Origin: Macrostomum lignano
Lineage: Eukaryota
Assembly (NCBI GenBank): GCA_002269645.1
Contig: NIVC01002869.1
Coordinates: 62,001-126,000 of the forward strand
Length of the DNA: 64,000 bases
Reading direction: 5' to 3'
The position numbers were made by a program, and so were the translations under genes. The notes under the pieces are model-generated. The model searched no databases, was not told where the DNA came from, and was given only the letters and a program-made list of their open reading frames with translations. Shown in pieces: positions 20,121 through 32,289 of the stretch (positions are counted from its first letter, which is position 1; each line of letters starts with the position of its first letter).

Positions 20121-22508
20121 TCAGAGCACGGACGAGTAGCGATGCGGATCTGCGTGAAGTTCAAGCCGCCTTGAAGCAGCGGCGGCTGACACGCCAGAAG
20201 TTGACGGCGATGCAGCGGCCGTAGCCGCACTGTTCCGCCAAAGCATCTGCGTGACCAGAGCCACCCTGTAGCGCTCGTAGGCGGACACAATGGCCTCAGT
20301 CTCTTCCTTGGCTAATCTGGTAAGCAGCTCGGCTGAGCGCTCCAGCTCGCCCTGCGAGAATAGTTGCCATTGAATTTTGGCGTCGTATTCTGGCGGAGCT
20401 TTGAAGTAAACCGCCAGGAAGGACTCCAGATCTGCGGAGTTGAAGTTCAGTATCTAATTGTTACAACCCTCAGCTTCCTGACCAGTAATGAAAAGAAGCC
20501 GGCATCAATGCAAAGCAGGGAACAGAGTCGGTGGGATGGAAGGGTGCAAAAATTTAGATAGAGGGCCGTCAAAACAGATATAGGAGGGAACACAGATGCA
20601 GAGCACGCAAAAATGGACAGAAGGGGCGCCAAAATGGATGACAAGTGGCGCCAAAAAGGGTGAAATAGGCGCCAAAATGGATGAAGTTAGCGCCAAAATG
20701 GATGAAAGAGGCGCCAAAATGGATGAAGTTAGCGCCAAAATGGATGAAAGAGGCGCCAAAATGGATGAAATAGGCGCCAATACAGATGAAGTTAGCGCCA
20801 AAATGGATGAGAGGCGCCAAAATGGATGAAAGAGGCGCCAAAATGGATGAAAGAGGCGCCAAAATGGATGAAATAGGCGCCAATACAGATGAAGTTAGCG
20901 CCAAAATGGATGAAAGAGGCGCCAAAACAGATGAAGTTAGCGCCAAAATGGATGCAAGAGGCGCCAATACAGATGAAGTTAGCGCCAAAATGGATAAAAG
21001 AGGCGCCAAAATGGATGAAATAGGCGCCAAATGGATGCAAAGGGCGCCAAAATGAATAAGCGGTATCCTAACGCAGCAGCAGATCTTGCAGTTATAACGA
21101 ATTGAAGCATGGAAAGTGTCCTCTGAGGCTCCCGGACTCCCGGACAGTCGCCGACTGCGTCCGGCAGCTCAACCTCATGGCCAGTGGCAATACTGTCAGG
21201 CTGAAGTGGATCCCAGGGCACGCAGGGTTTCCGGGGAACGAGCTGGCAGACACCCTCGCCAGGAGGGGCGGCTCTGGCTCCGTCTTTGGCCCTGCCCCCT
21301 TGGTCCCTATGCCTTCGACAGTCATCAATCGTCTGATCGATGACTGGGCTGACTCCCTTCACAGGGACAGATGGGCGGGCACCCAAAACTGCCGACAATC
21401 TCGTGCCGCGGTTCCGTGCCCCTCTCGTAGGCTCAGAAATGTCCTTCTAAAGCAAAATCGGAAGGATATCCGAGCCCTTGTCATGACCCTCACCGGCCAT
21501 GGCAACCTCGCCAGGCACTGCTTCCTCCGAGGCGACCTCGAAAGTGAACTTTGCCCTTTTTGCGAGTAAGACAATGAAGATGCTCAGCACTTTGTCTGTC
21601 ACTGCCCTTTCTTTAACAGAGACCGGCTACGCTACCTCGGGCCGAACCCGTCCATTGACGAGGTCTGCCAGCCCGACAGCATCCCACGGCTCATCCAGTC
21701 CCTTCGGGCAACAAGACGAGCCACTTTCTTCCCCACGGAAGATCACGCTGCAGGACGGACCGGCGGACCACCCTGACCGGCCCCACGCCTCTGCCTGTCT
21801 GCGGGCCTTCAGGGGCTAGCGGAATGGGCGACCCTCGCCTCCCCGCTGTGTCTACGGACCACCCTGCAGCTGAGTCAAAAAAGTAAGTCAAAGTTCTCTG
21901 AGGCAAACGATGATGCCTGGCTCAGAAATGCACAATACCGTCTGCAATACAAGCAACAGTCAATTACAGACACTGTCAAAGTACGACAGCAAAACAATGG
22001 AGCTTGCAATACAGTTAAAATTTGCCTGCTTAATTTCGGGAAAGCCCATTGTTATAATGCAAAAACAATGAAATGCTTTAATAAAAAAACCTTCTATTGT
22101 TATCGCACAGTGATTTTTCAGCGAGATATTTTTTCCGATTTTGCCTTGCATTAATAAAATGAATTTGTCTGACTGCTATTTATATTCTGTTAAAAGGAAA
22201 TCATTTGAATTCGATCAAAGTTATATACGTTATTTTTCGATTGAGATTTCCTTGCCAATACGGTTTCTGTTTGAAATTCGAATAGTTACTTAGTAAAAAT
22301 TAAGGTTTTAAAATGATAGCTTTAAAAATGGCCTTTGGTATACTGCTATTATAAGTAGCATGCGGAAGATTTTCTGTTCCATAAATTATTTGCTACGTCT
22401 GCTTCTGGCGACTTACAGGGGCGGAAGGGAAACAAATGACCGCATCAAGACTCAAAAAGGACAAACAGACAGAGAACTGGGCGGAAAGACAGACAGACAT
22501 ACAGACAG

Positions 22509-22575
<67 letters not shown>

Positions 22576-24344
22576 CACAGACAGACAGACAGACAGACAC
22601 ACAGACAGACGGACAGACAGGCAGACAGACAGACAGACAAGCAGACAGACAGACAGACGAACATCACGATAAGCATAGCAACAGTTAATAAAGAATTTAG
22701 GCAGTAGGCCAGACTCACCAGTAGCAGCAGATCTTTGTCTGTTCACTTGCTGCTGCTGCTGCTGTTGCTTCTGCTGCTGATCAGTTAAACTGACAGCGCC
22801 ACCACCAGCAGCAACAGCAGCAGCAGGGTGTTGCGGAAGCGGCTGCGGCTGCTGACGTAGCTGTTGCTGCTGATGTTGCTGCTGCTGGTAGTATCTGTGA
22901 AGCTCTGTAGAGGCTTCCGGAGTCGACGACAACGGCAAAGCGGGACGCCGCGGCAGAGGCCGCTGCTGCCTGGTGAACAGGCCGAATGGCAGCGGCTGCT
23001 GGGTGGACTCGCCGTTGAATGGCAGGCCCGGATGATGCAGCTGCATCACCTTGCTGATGCGACTGCGGGTAGGATAGGGACGGACAATGCGGATTCATTA
23101 ACGGATGGGATAGATGCACTGTGGGTGTACACTAGTCAGGATAGATGCACTGTGGGTGTACACTAGTCAGGATAGATGCACTGTGGGTGTACACTAGTCA
23201 GGATAGATGCACTGTGGGTGTACACTAGTCAGGATAGATGCACTGTGGGTGTACACTAGTCAGGATAAATGCACTGTGGGTGTACACTAGTCAGGATAGA
23301 TGCACTGTGGGTGTACACTAGTCAGGATAGATGCACTGTGGGTGTACACTAGTCAGGATAGATGTACTGTGGGTGTACACTAGTCAGGATAAATGCACTG
23401 TGGGTGTACACTAGTCAGGATAGATGCACTGTGGGTGTACACTAGTCAGGATAGATGCACTGTGGGTGTACACTAGTCAGGATAGATGCACTGTGGGTGT
23501 ACACTAGTCAGGATAGATGCACTGTGGGTGTACACTAGTCAGGATAAATGCACTGTGGGTGTACACTAGTCAGGATAGATGCATCAGTTGCACTATAGAC
23601 GCACATAGCTCAGTCAGACAAATGTACAGTCAATAAGTTCAAAGCAACTCACTTGACATAATATATACCCTTGTCTTGACTTTCAATCCGCTCCCAACCG
23701 CTTGGCAGAGACTCCTTAGCCAACGGGTGACTCCACGAGGTGGCCCGATTCACATGGTCGATGTAGTACTTGCGGCCGCGCACGGTCCAGTCCACTGACC
23801 AGCCGGGCGGCAGCGGGAACTCCTCGGGCGGAGTTGGCGGAGGAGGCGGAGGCGGCGGCCGCTGACGAACAGGACTAGCGGTGAACTCCTGACCAGTGGA
23901 CGGATAGTGCGTTGATAAAGGCCGCCTGTGCTGCTGCGGCTGAATCGGATTACTGTAATACTGCTTCTGCTGTTGCTGTTGCTGCTGAACAGCAGGCTGT
24001 TGCCGCTGGGCTGCCTGCTGAAACTGCAGCTGCTGCCCGCCACCGCCGGCGCTGCTGCTGATGTTGCCAGACGAGGAGAATTTCCTAGTGATAGTCTGGT
24101 GCCTGTCCAGCTGCTGCAGCATGGCTGCGGACGGCGAGGCTGTTGGCGACTGTCGTAGCAGCTGCGGCTGTCGCTGACGCTCCGGCACCGGCGGCGGAGT
24201 CGGCGAGGCGCGCACAGCGAAGGCAGCCGCCTGCTGCTGCTGCTGGTGCTGCTGCATTGCCAACGGGGCCGGATCCTTCCTGACGTACTTGCCGGTGACG
24301 CCGCTGCTCATGCCGCCGAGCTCCTTCCTGCCGCGGGTGAGCAT
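20121..24344 (-). CDS. SAV1: Salvador (Hippo pathway scaffold, WW-WW-SARAH); exons 24344-23653, 23062-22719, 20431-20121
   Basis: N-terminus MLTRGRK...TGKYVRKD; WW1 [20 protein letters not shown]; WW2 [15 protein letters not shown]|[12 protein letters not shown]; [16 protein letters not shown]...[14 protein letters not shown]. Intron phases 2 and 1 are consistent. Confidence 0.93.
20630..21052. repeat. 21-bp minisatellite in the last SAV1 intron
   Basis: Unit about GGCGCCAAAATGGATGAAAGA. Confidence 0.93.
21130..21895 (+). mobile_element. 5'-truncated, inactivated non-LTR retrotransposon (RNase H plus C-terminal CCHC; I/R1/Loa-type group)
   Basis: [21 protein letters not shown] RNase H motif; LTGHG..ARH; [17 protein letters not shown] with an in-frame stop; 9-bp TSD CTCTGAGGC at 21121-21129 and 21896-21904. 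Confidence 0.9.
22490..22662. repeat. (GACA)n microsatellite
   Basis: Direct inspection. Confidence 0.95.
23108..23585. repeat. 31-bp minisatellite in SAV1 intron
   Basis: GGATAGATGCACTGTGGGTGTACACTAGTCA, about 15 copies. Confidence 0.96.
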
Positions 24345-25059
24345 CTCTGTGGAGGAGGACAGCGTCTGCCTGTCTCGGCTCCTGTGCCTGGATAAAAATA
24401 TTCCAACAGGGCAAACTGCTGCCGCATGCATGAAAATTGATTTTCTAATGATAACTTTCTAAGAATTGTCTGCAACCATCCCTCCGGCTAGAGCAGGCTC
24501 ACTATAATATCCTCATATGCTACTAATAAGTACTAATAAGTAGCCATCTTATTTGCAGAAATAGACTAACAATGAAACCAATTTTTCGACTGCACGCGCA
24601 ATCTGTTGCGTTAATGTCGAATAATAATATTATTATTATTAGTAATAATAATACGAAAAAAAACAAAAAGTAGCAGCCGACAGTAAATCAACTAGTACAA
24701 ACGGCTTTGGATGGCAAAAAAGAAGCAAGACAAATAGAGACAGATACAAATATTTGTGAAAATTAAAAAACCTGTGCGGGATTGGAGAGTCAGTAGAAAA
24801 ACACTTGTAGATCTAGCAGCCTGCTCAGATAGAGGCTCAAAGTTAAAGTTTGAGTATCAAAACGGCACGCAGCACTACAGCACTAAGACGGCGTGACCTT
24901 GCCACCTTGAAGGAGCTGGGATACAGGAAAACAATGTAGAATGAGTAAATGTCAACGGATAGCCGGTCTGTTGATTTATCGCGGGCGCACCAACGAATGA
25001 GACGTGAAAACCACTTGCATTTACTGTATGAAGATTATCTGCTGGGTAAGGGAATCAAT

Positions 25060-25410
25060 GGGGAATTTATAGAGGTGGATGGGGAATTTATGAAGATGGA
25101 TGGGGAATTGATGGAGATAGATGGGAATTTATTATGATAGATGGGAATTTATGAAGACAGATGGGGGAATTTATGAAGGTAGATGGGGAATTTTTGGAGA
25201 CAGATGAGGAATTTATGAAAATAGATGAGGAATTTATGATGATAAATGGGGAATTCATGGAAACAGATGGGAAATTTATTGAGGTAAATGGGGAATTTAT
25301 GGAGACTGATGGGGAATATATTATGATAGATGGATAATTTATTATGATAGATGAGGAATTTATGATGACAGGGAATTTATAGAGATAGAATGGGGAATTA
25401 GAGAGACGGG
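25060..25410. repeat. Degenerate 21-bp repeat
   Basis: Unit about GATGGGGAATTTATGAAGATA. Confidence 0.8.
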
Positions 25411-26566
25411 TGGGGAATCAGTCGTGGTGAATTTATGGATAATCTATGGTTAAGATACCATTTACCTTTTCCTTGAATCAAAATGAATTGGCAACAGTAA
25501 AAAATATGCTCATAAATGAGTTAATACCTGCATTCTATTTGATCACAACAAACCAGAGTCTAAAGGAGGTCAGCAGTATTAGTAAAGCAAAATTTACACA
25601 CTTGAATTATGAACACTAAAGAGAAATGATAACACAGGATAACATGTTAGTCATATCAATCTGGCACAGCAAATTTAAGCCTCAACGCAGCTTGTTATTG
25701 TCCACGGGAAAATTAACAAAATAATAAATACGTCTTAATTGCAACAAATAGCTACAATGACAAGGACGCTAAATTGTATATTAAGAGTAAAACACAGAGG
25801 AAAAAGTTGAAGCACTGCAGCTGAACTGAAAGATCGCAGCGAACACTTCAGTCGCACTGTCTGTCACAAACAGATTAATCTAGGAAAACAAAGGAAAACG
25901 CGCTGTCATGAAAATTGGCTACTAGGTGACAGAATTCCACAGAACCCCTATTGCATGCTTTTGCACAGATACCATGTACTACATCGAGTAATCATTAAAA
26001 ATGGAAGCATTACTCGCTCAGGTTACTACTTGCAGCGACAGCTAAACAATTATAAAAAATTATTATAGTCAGTATAGATTTTACTTGTCGAAAACAAAAA
26101 AGGTTCTGAAAAAAAACACACTGAAAAGAAGACAAAAACCACACAGGAATGACTCGATGCCAGTTTTCGCTAGATAAGATGGTCGAGGGTTGGTTGTGTC
26201 AATAATAAAGCAGAACCTTCACCTTACAGAGTGCAACTGTTGCAAAAAGAGAAATATAATATTAAAGAAATGTTCTCAAGCAAGCAATTGATTAGAGTAG
26301 CTAATAAATCATATCCAGCTAATCAATCAATCAGCCGATCAATCAATCAGAGGATCAATAAATCAATAAGCCGATTAATTAATCAATCAATCAGCCAATT
26401 AACCAATCAACCAATGAGCCAATCAATCAATCAGCCAATCAATCAATCAGCCAATCAATCAATCAGCCGATCAATCAATCAGCCAATCAACCAACCAATC
26501 AATCAATCAGCCAATCAATCCAAAATCCGCAACCCCAGTAAAGTCAGTCAATCGCATCAATCCCCA

Positions 26567-29500
26567 TCAATCGTAGGCGTCAACAACGGCGGGACTCTCT
26601 GGCCTGGCCGCCGCGGTCAGATCCGCCGCGCTGTCCTCCTCTTCGAAGGCCGCCGAGGTCACGGCGCAGGGCGGTTTCAGCTCGGACGAAACGGAGGCAG
26701 TGCTGTCGGCTGGAATTTGATGGCGCAGTGCCATGGGATTAAAATCCCGTATTTACACATGTGTGCCGAAACAATACACTAACTTACCCTGAATCCCACA
26801 CCCTGAAACTAAGATATCTCAAATCTCTCACCACGAGACAAAAAATCTCATACCCCACACCCCATGACTAAAACATCCCAAATCCCACACCTTGTAACTA
26901 AAATATCCCAAATCCCACACCTTACAACTAAAATATCCTAAATCCCACACCTTGCAGCTAAACATCCCAAATCCTACACCTTGCAGCTAAACATCCCAAA
27001 TCTCACACCTTGTAACTAAAATACCCCAAATCCCACACCTTGCAACTAAAACATCCCAAAACCCATACCTTGTAACTAAAATATCCCAAATCCCATACCT
27101 TGTAACTAAAATACCCCAAATCCCACACCTTGCAACTAAAACATCCCAAATCCCATACCTTGTAACTAAAACATCCCAAATCCCATACCTTGTAACTAAA
27201 ATATCCCAAATCCCATACTTTGTAACTAAAATACCCCAAATCCCACACCAGTTGCAGTTGCAAGCGCGGACAACTTGGAGTAACCGGCAATGCAAAGCCT
27301 CACCCGATTGATCATCGTGCGATCGAGCCACCTGTTGAATGTCGGCGGCATTCGGAGCGCTGCCTCTTCCTGCAGAGCGAAGGGGAATGTTGGATGCGCT
27401 GAATTCAACTGCATTCTTAATGTACAGGCAGCTACTGCGGATTGAATGGAATTCTATAGATATTGAATGGAATTCTATAGACGTAAATGAAATTCTATAG
27501 ATATTAAATGGAATTCTATAGATATTGAATGGAATTCTATAGACGTAAATGAAATTCTATAGATATTAAATGGAATTCTATAGATATTGAATGGAATTCT
27601 ATAGACGTAAATGAAATTCTATAGATATTAAATGGAATTCTATAGATATTGAATGGAATTCTATAGATATTAAATGGAATTCTATAGATATTGAATGGAA
27701 TTCTATAGATATTGAATGGAATTCTATAGATATTGAGTGGAATTCTATAGATATTGAATGGAATTCTATAGATATTGAATGGAATTCTATAGATGTTAAA
27801 TGGAATTCTATAGATATTGAATGGAATTCTATAGATATTAATTAAATGAAACTCTATAGAAATGTTAAATGGGATTCTTAAACCCCAAAAAAAAGATTTT
27901 ATGGAAGTTTTATGGTTTCACGGAATACAGAGTTTCAGGGCTTAAAGGGGGGTTTCCATGAAACTTAGTGTGCGATTATTTACTTTGTAGGTTGAAAAAG
28001 AATTCCATTGAAAGTACAGAGGACTGTTCTACTAAGTAAAGGCGTAAATGTTTTTCCTAGGCCAGTCTACAGTGACCGCTGGTGAGCGACAGCTAGGGGG
28101 GCAGTAGCGCACAAATCAATCAATAATTGACTAACTAGACGCAACGCTAGCCGAAGAAGCTCTCAGAGCAAATTTCGACTCGGCGGTAATCTTTTCTGGC
28201 GGCGAATCGTCCGACTTATGCGACACGGTGGACTCGTGTGTCATGAGCGCCATCGGACCGCGGAACATGTAGTAGTTGGGATAGTACAGCAGGTTCGTTA
28301 CGCTCTGGGCGTACAGGTCAGCATAGCGCTCCAGCTGGGAGGCAAAGCTGGTGAGCCGTCCCCCTGACCGGAACAGCGAGCCCATGAAGCCGTAAGAGGC
28401 GTCCATCGCTTGCACAGTCTCCCGTATCGATCGCTTCATCTTGTCAACCGATTGAGCTTCCAGCGCCAGACTTGGGCCGCTCTTAGACACGATGGTGCAG
28501 CCCTGATAGGCCCGGCTCATCTCCGCGTCCAGCTCCTGCAGGCGGACAAACAGCGCCTCCTCTTTCTTCCAGACGAACAGCTCGTTGGCCAGCTCGGGCA
28601 CTATCAGCAGGGTTCGCCAGCCAACCTTCTTGCTCTTCACAATGTCGCCGAATATGTGGTCACCGATGTACAGCACGTCCTTGCCGCGGCAGCCAATCAG
28701 GCGAGAGAAATCGGCGCACGAGCCTGCACAGAGGGTGTAAAAAACACGAAGGTAATTCCGCTGACTGCTGAGCACAATACACAGGATGTACAGCTGCCGT
28801 AGCATGTACACCCTTTGTGACTTGTCGGTTGGCCCTTATGCCTGTGAACCGCAAGACAACCTTTACTGGCCAATTTTCGTGCACAAAACCCCAAATGCGT
28901 TTGCGCACGGAATCGAACCACAGGGGTCGTGACCACAGATACTAGAATAACTAGATGGGCCACTCAGCACATTTGCGTGTAAGCTACTTTCAGTTCAGTA
29001 GTAAGTTAAACAAAAGCATTTTAATGTATTTTTAAAGCCAAGGCTCATTTATTGGCTCTTACCCGGCCCCAGCTTAAACCCTCCAACCGAGCCTTTCCAC
29101 ATTACCCCCGCCCCGCCCCAATTTTTATTGCCTTTCTCTCGGACTTCCACCATAAAGCTGCCATGTACATTCCAGTGGACTGGCTAATGTACATTAATGG
29201 CTGAACCAATTAGCAAGTTGTTTACGCCTGCAAGCTTGGCTTCTAAACTTATCAAAGTCGTTTCAGCTGCCTTTATTAGCTTATGTATTCTTCTTTGCTA
29301 CTGAACTGAAGTAGAAAGCTGTTTTATTAAGTACATGTATATTTGCCTGAGTGGCCCATCTAGTTATTTTAGTATCTGTGGTCGTGACGCCCCTCTTTGA
29401 ATAGCAAAGGTTCGCAACAAAAGATGCTTGGGCTTTTTATTCCTGAGAAATCATTTTACCAGCTGGCACCTGAAGCTCAAAATTCAGCTGCCAATTGCCA

Positions 29501-32289
29501 TCTCTGCAGTCGCCTCCTGAAATTTTAGCCCGTGTCCTTAAACCAGGGGTCCGCAAACTCCGGCCCGCCAAGCCTCTCTATCCGGCCCTCGGGTCCTTTG
29601 AAACTTCACAATAGCAATCTAGCCTGCTCAAGGTTTGTGTCTCTTCTCAGCCCTCCTCTCCTTTTATCTCTCAATTTGCCGAACCCCTGCCTTAAACAGT
29701 AAGCCCATGGAGTCGTTGATCACGAACAAGAATCTATCGGAGTCTATGCTTAGTTAGAGGAAGAAGTTCCCGCTGGGGGAGGCAGAGTGCTTAGCGGTAA
29801 ACACGTCTCGACTCTCGTGCCAGATTCCCCGTGGATTCGACATCGCGTCTCGTTGACAAAAAAGTGGCCAAGAGGCTTGAGCTAGTGTACATGCCTGACC
29901 CGATTGAAACAGTATCCTAGACCAAGAAGTGTTTCAGAGTTGTTGCAGGTGACAACAGGTAAAACAGGAAATATAAGACTCTAGACGACTCTAAAACGAC
30001 AAAATATCACGGCACAATTCGCGAAAAAGTCGTCAAAGAATCTCCTAAGAGTCAATTTGAGGCGTTTTTATTGTCTGCGACTCTGATGGGGGCAACGCAA
30101 GTGACAGTGGGGCGTTTCCATAACGAATCGTAGAGTCGTGTCTGAGGCGTGCCAGAGTCGCTGTAGACTCATGGAGTTGCATTCAAAGCGCATCTGCATC
30201 ACTTCATGAATTAGAATCGCATTTCGCATCTCTAACAACTATATTTAGACTGCTTGAGTTAGTAGGAAGTTAGGCGCCAACACAACGAGTTTAGGACGAC
30301 TTTTTCACGATTCTGCAACTCACGTGCTGCGCTCGTGACTCGACATTCGTCTCTTCGTCGCGTTAAAAAAAGTCACAAGAATCGCCCTAGATTCGCTGAT
30401 TATTTAGTGATTCTTGTTACGGTAATGTTTTCAACGGGTGACGGCGCGAAAGACAGGTCCGCTGTACCGTACACCCCGTGTGAGTGTGTGCCTGCTAAGG
30501 GGTCAGCGAACTCGGTACAAATGCTTTAACCTATCGGTGTCTTTGTGAACTAACTGCTAACCAATAGGCAATATCATGCCTTCCCTAGCAGAACTCACCG
30601 CCAGAGTACACGGTGCCCTTCTGCAGCGGCCCGGTGTGAGTCCCCAGTTTGAGTTTGCCGCTGGCCGGATCGACAACCCGCATGAGGCTGCCATCAGCGA
30701 AGAATCTCGGCTTGCAGGCGTCAACAACAGCGTAGTCGAAGTAGTCGCGCCACGAGTCGCCTAGCAGGTAGGTCATGATGTGCTCGGTGTACCAGTAGCC
30801 GGAGTTGGTGAGCAGAAACAGCTTAGCGCCGCCTGCGGACAGCTGGCGCAGCAGGTCGGCCAGGTCCGGGTCTTTGTGCACGTAGCGATCAACCTGCTCA
30901 ACTGTGAGCTTCTTCAACTCGCCCTTGTCGTGAATATAATTAGTAGCCTCTCTGACATCGGTAAACAGGGTGCGAAATGAGATGAACACTTCGTTATAAT
31001 TGAATCCGCTGCGGCTGACCGTGCAGTTGGATACAGACTTGAAGAACTCAATCACCGAGGCCAGGCAGTAGATCTCCGGCAAGTTAAACAATGTGTCGTA
31101 AACGTAGAAACGGTTGCTTAGCAACACAAATTTGTTCTCGTAGTGATTGCGCAATTCGGCAGCCGTGACGAAGCTTAAGCCAAACAGGCAGCTCAAAATG
31201 TTGCCAAACGTGTCCACCTTCAATAACAGGCCCTTCTCCTTGTCAAACCACAGGCCTCGGATGGGCACTGTGTGATCGTATTTAAACTGCAGAATGTCGG
31301 GCGGATACCCGGTCTCCACTAGCCGCTCCAGCATCAGTTTGAAGGACATGGTCTCGTACAGCGGCGACACGTACTGGGCCAGAGTGTAGTCCATGTCGAA
31401 CCCGTAGAACTTGATCTTCTCCATTTGAACGCTGCGATTCACGAATATTCTGGCATGAGGGAGGAGACATTAAACTTATTGGTCATTCATTATTAGGGCG
31501 AAGAACATACAGGCGCGCCAATACTGTATGACGCAGGCATGCACTCATACACACGCTGCACCCTCATGACTGTGAATCGCGCAACCCCACCCCCGATCTG
31601 GCCAATTTTCAAAAGTCAAGCGTCGAACTCTCTAGAATTTGAAAGGAACTTTTCATATTTTGGATTCAACCCGATGAAAACGGTACGCAGGCCAAGAAGC
31701 GTATCAGAGTAATAATAAAGTGATTCAAGACGACTCTAAAACGATACACGACACAAGTAGCCAAAAAATCGTAAAAGAGTCGCTTAAGAATCACTTTGAA
31801 GCGTTTTTGGGTCTTCTATAGAGTCACTATAGAGTCTCTGAATTGTGTCTAAGTGCTCTAACTAGCCTACTGAGTTAGCAGAAAGTTAAACGCTAACACA
31901 ACGATTCTTGGACGACTCTTGTGACTCTTTTACGATTCTACAACTCACGTGACACGCTTGTGACGCAACAGTCGCCTCTCCGTCGTATAACAGTCGTTTT
32001 GAGTCGTTAAAAAGTCACAAGAGCCCCCCAGAGTCGCTAGTGAGCTGTTTGCAATGACTTTTCAGCAATTCTTGTCACGGTATCTTTTTCAACGGGCAAC
32101 CAACTCGGCCCAAAAAGTCTGATAAAGCAGATTTTATCAAGAGTTTGCAGCCGCAATCAAACAATAGTTCTGAAGATTTAGTGGAAAAATGTCTCACCTC
32201 TGACTTGTCTGCCGTTTGAACAAGTCAGCTGACGTCACTGACAATGACTCGCCACCGTTACGACGCGGATGCTGCTCTGTGTCTGCCAT
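26567..32289 (-). CDS. NT5C2: Cytosolic purine 5'-nucleotidase cN-II; exons 32289-32198, 31449-30599, 28723-28136, 27408-27304 (tentative), 26709-26567
   Basis: R|IFVNRSVQMEKIKFYGFDMDYTLAQY (HAD motif I), LFLLTNS, KPRFF, YSGG|SC, YIGDHIFGDI, and an acidic tail. Exon lengths sum to 1779 nt in frame. Confidence 0.93.
26790..27248. repeat. 30-bp minisatellite in NT5C2 intron
   Basis: Unit about AAATCCCACACCTTGTAACTAAAATATCCC. Confidence 0.92.
27442..27860. repeat. 21-bp minisatellite in NT5C2 intron
   Basis: Unit TTGAATGGAATTCTATAGATA. Confidence 0.93.
28926..29388. mobile_element. MITE-like element with about 42-bp terminal inverted repeats
   Basis: GTCGTGACCACAGATACTAGAATAACTAGATGGGCCACTCAG versus the reverse complement of 29347-29388 (3 mismatches), plus an inner inverted CTACTTTCAGTTCAGTAG block. 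TSD not identified. Confidence 0.7.
29544..29689 (+). mobile_element. 146-bp hAT-type MITE
   Basis: TIRs CAGGGGTCCGCAAA / TTTGCCGAACCCCTG; perfect 8-bp TSD CCTTAAAC. Confidence 0.9.
29771..30530 (+). mobile_element. SINE-like element related to the 12166 SINE, interrupted by a MITE
   Basis: A-box-like TGCTTAGCGG; core AGTGTACATGCCTGA[MITE]CGGCGCGAAAGACAGGTCCGCTGTAC...GTGTGAGTGTGTGCCTGC matches 19200-19270. Ends approximate. Confidence 0.6.
29899..30438. mobile_element. CACTA/EnSpm-like MITE, copy 1
   Basis: Termini CCCGATTGAAA...TTTTCAACGGG; 3-bp TSD TGA; many GACTC/GAGTC motifs. Confidence 0.8.
31670..32096. mobile_element. CACTA/EnSpm-like MITE, copy 2
   Basis: CCCGATGAAAA...TTTTCAACGGG; 3-bp TSD CAA; internal similarity to copy 1. 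Confidence 0.82.
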
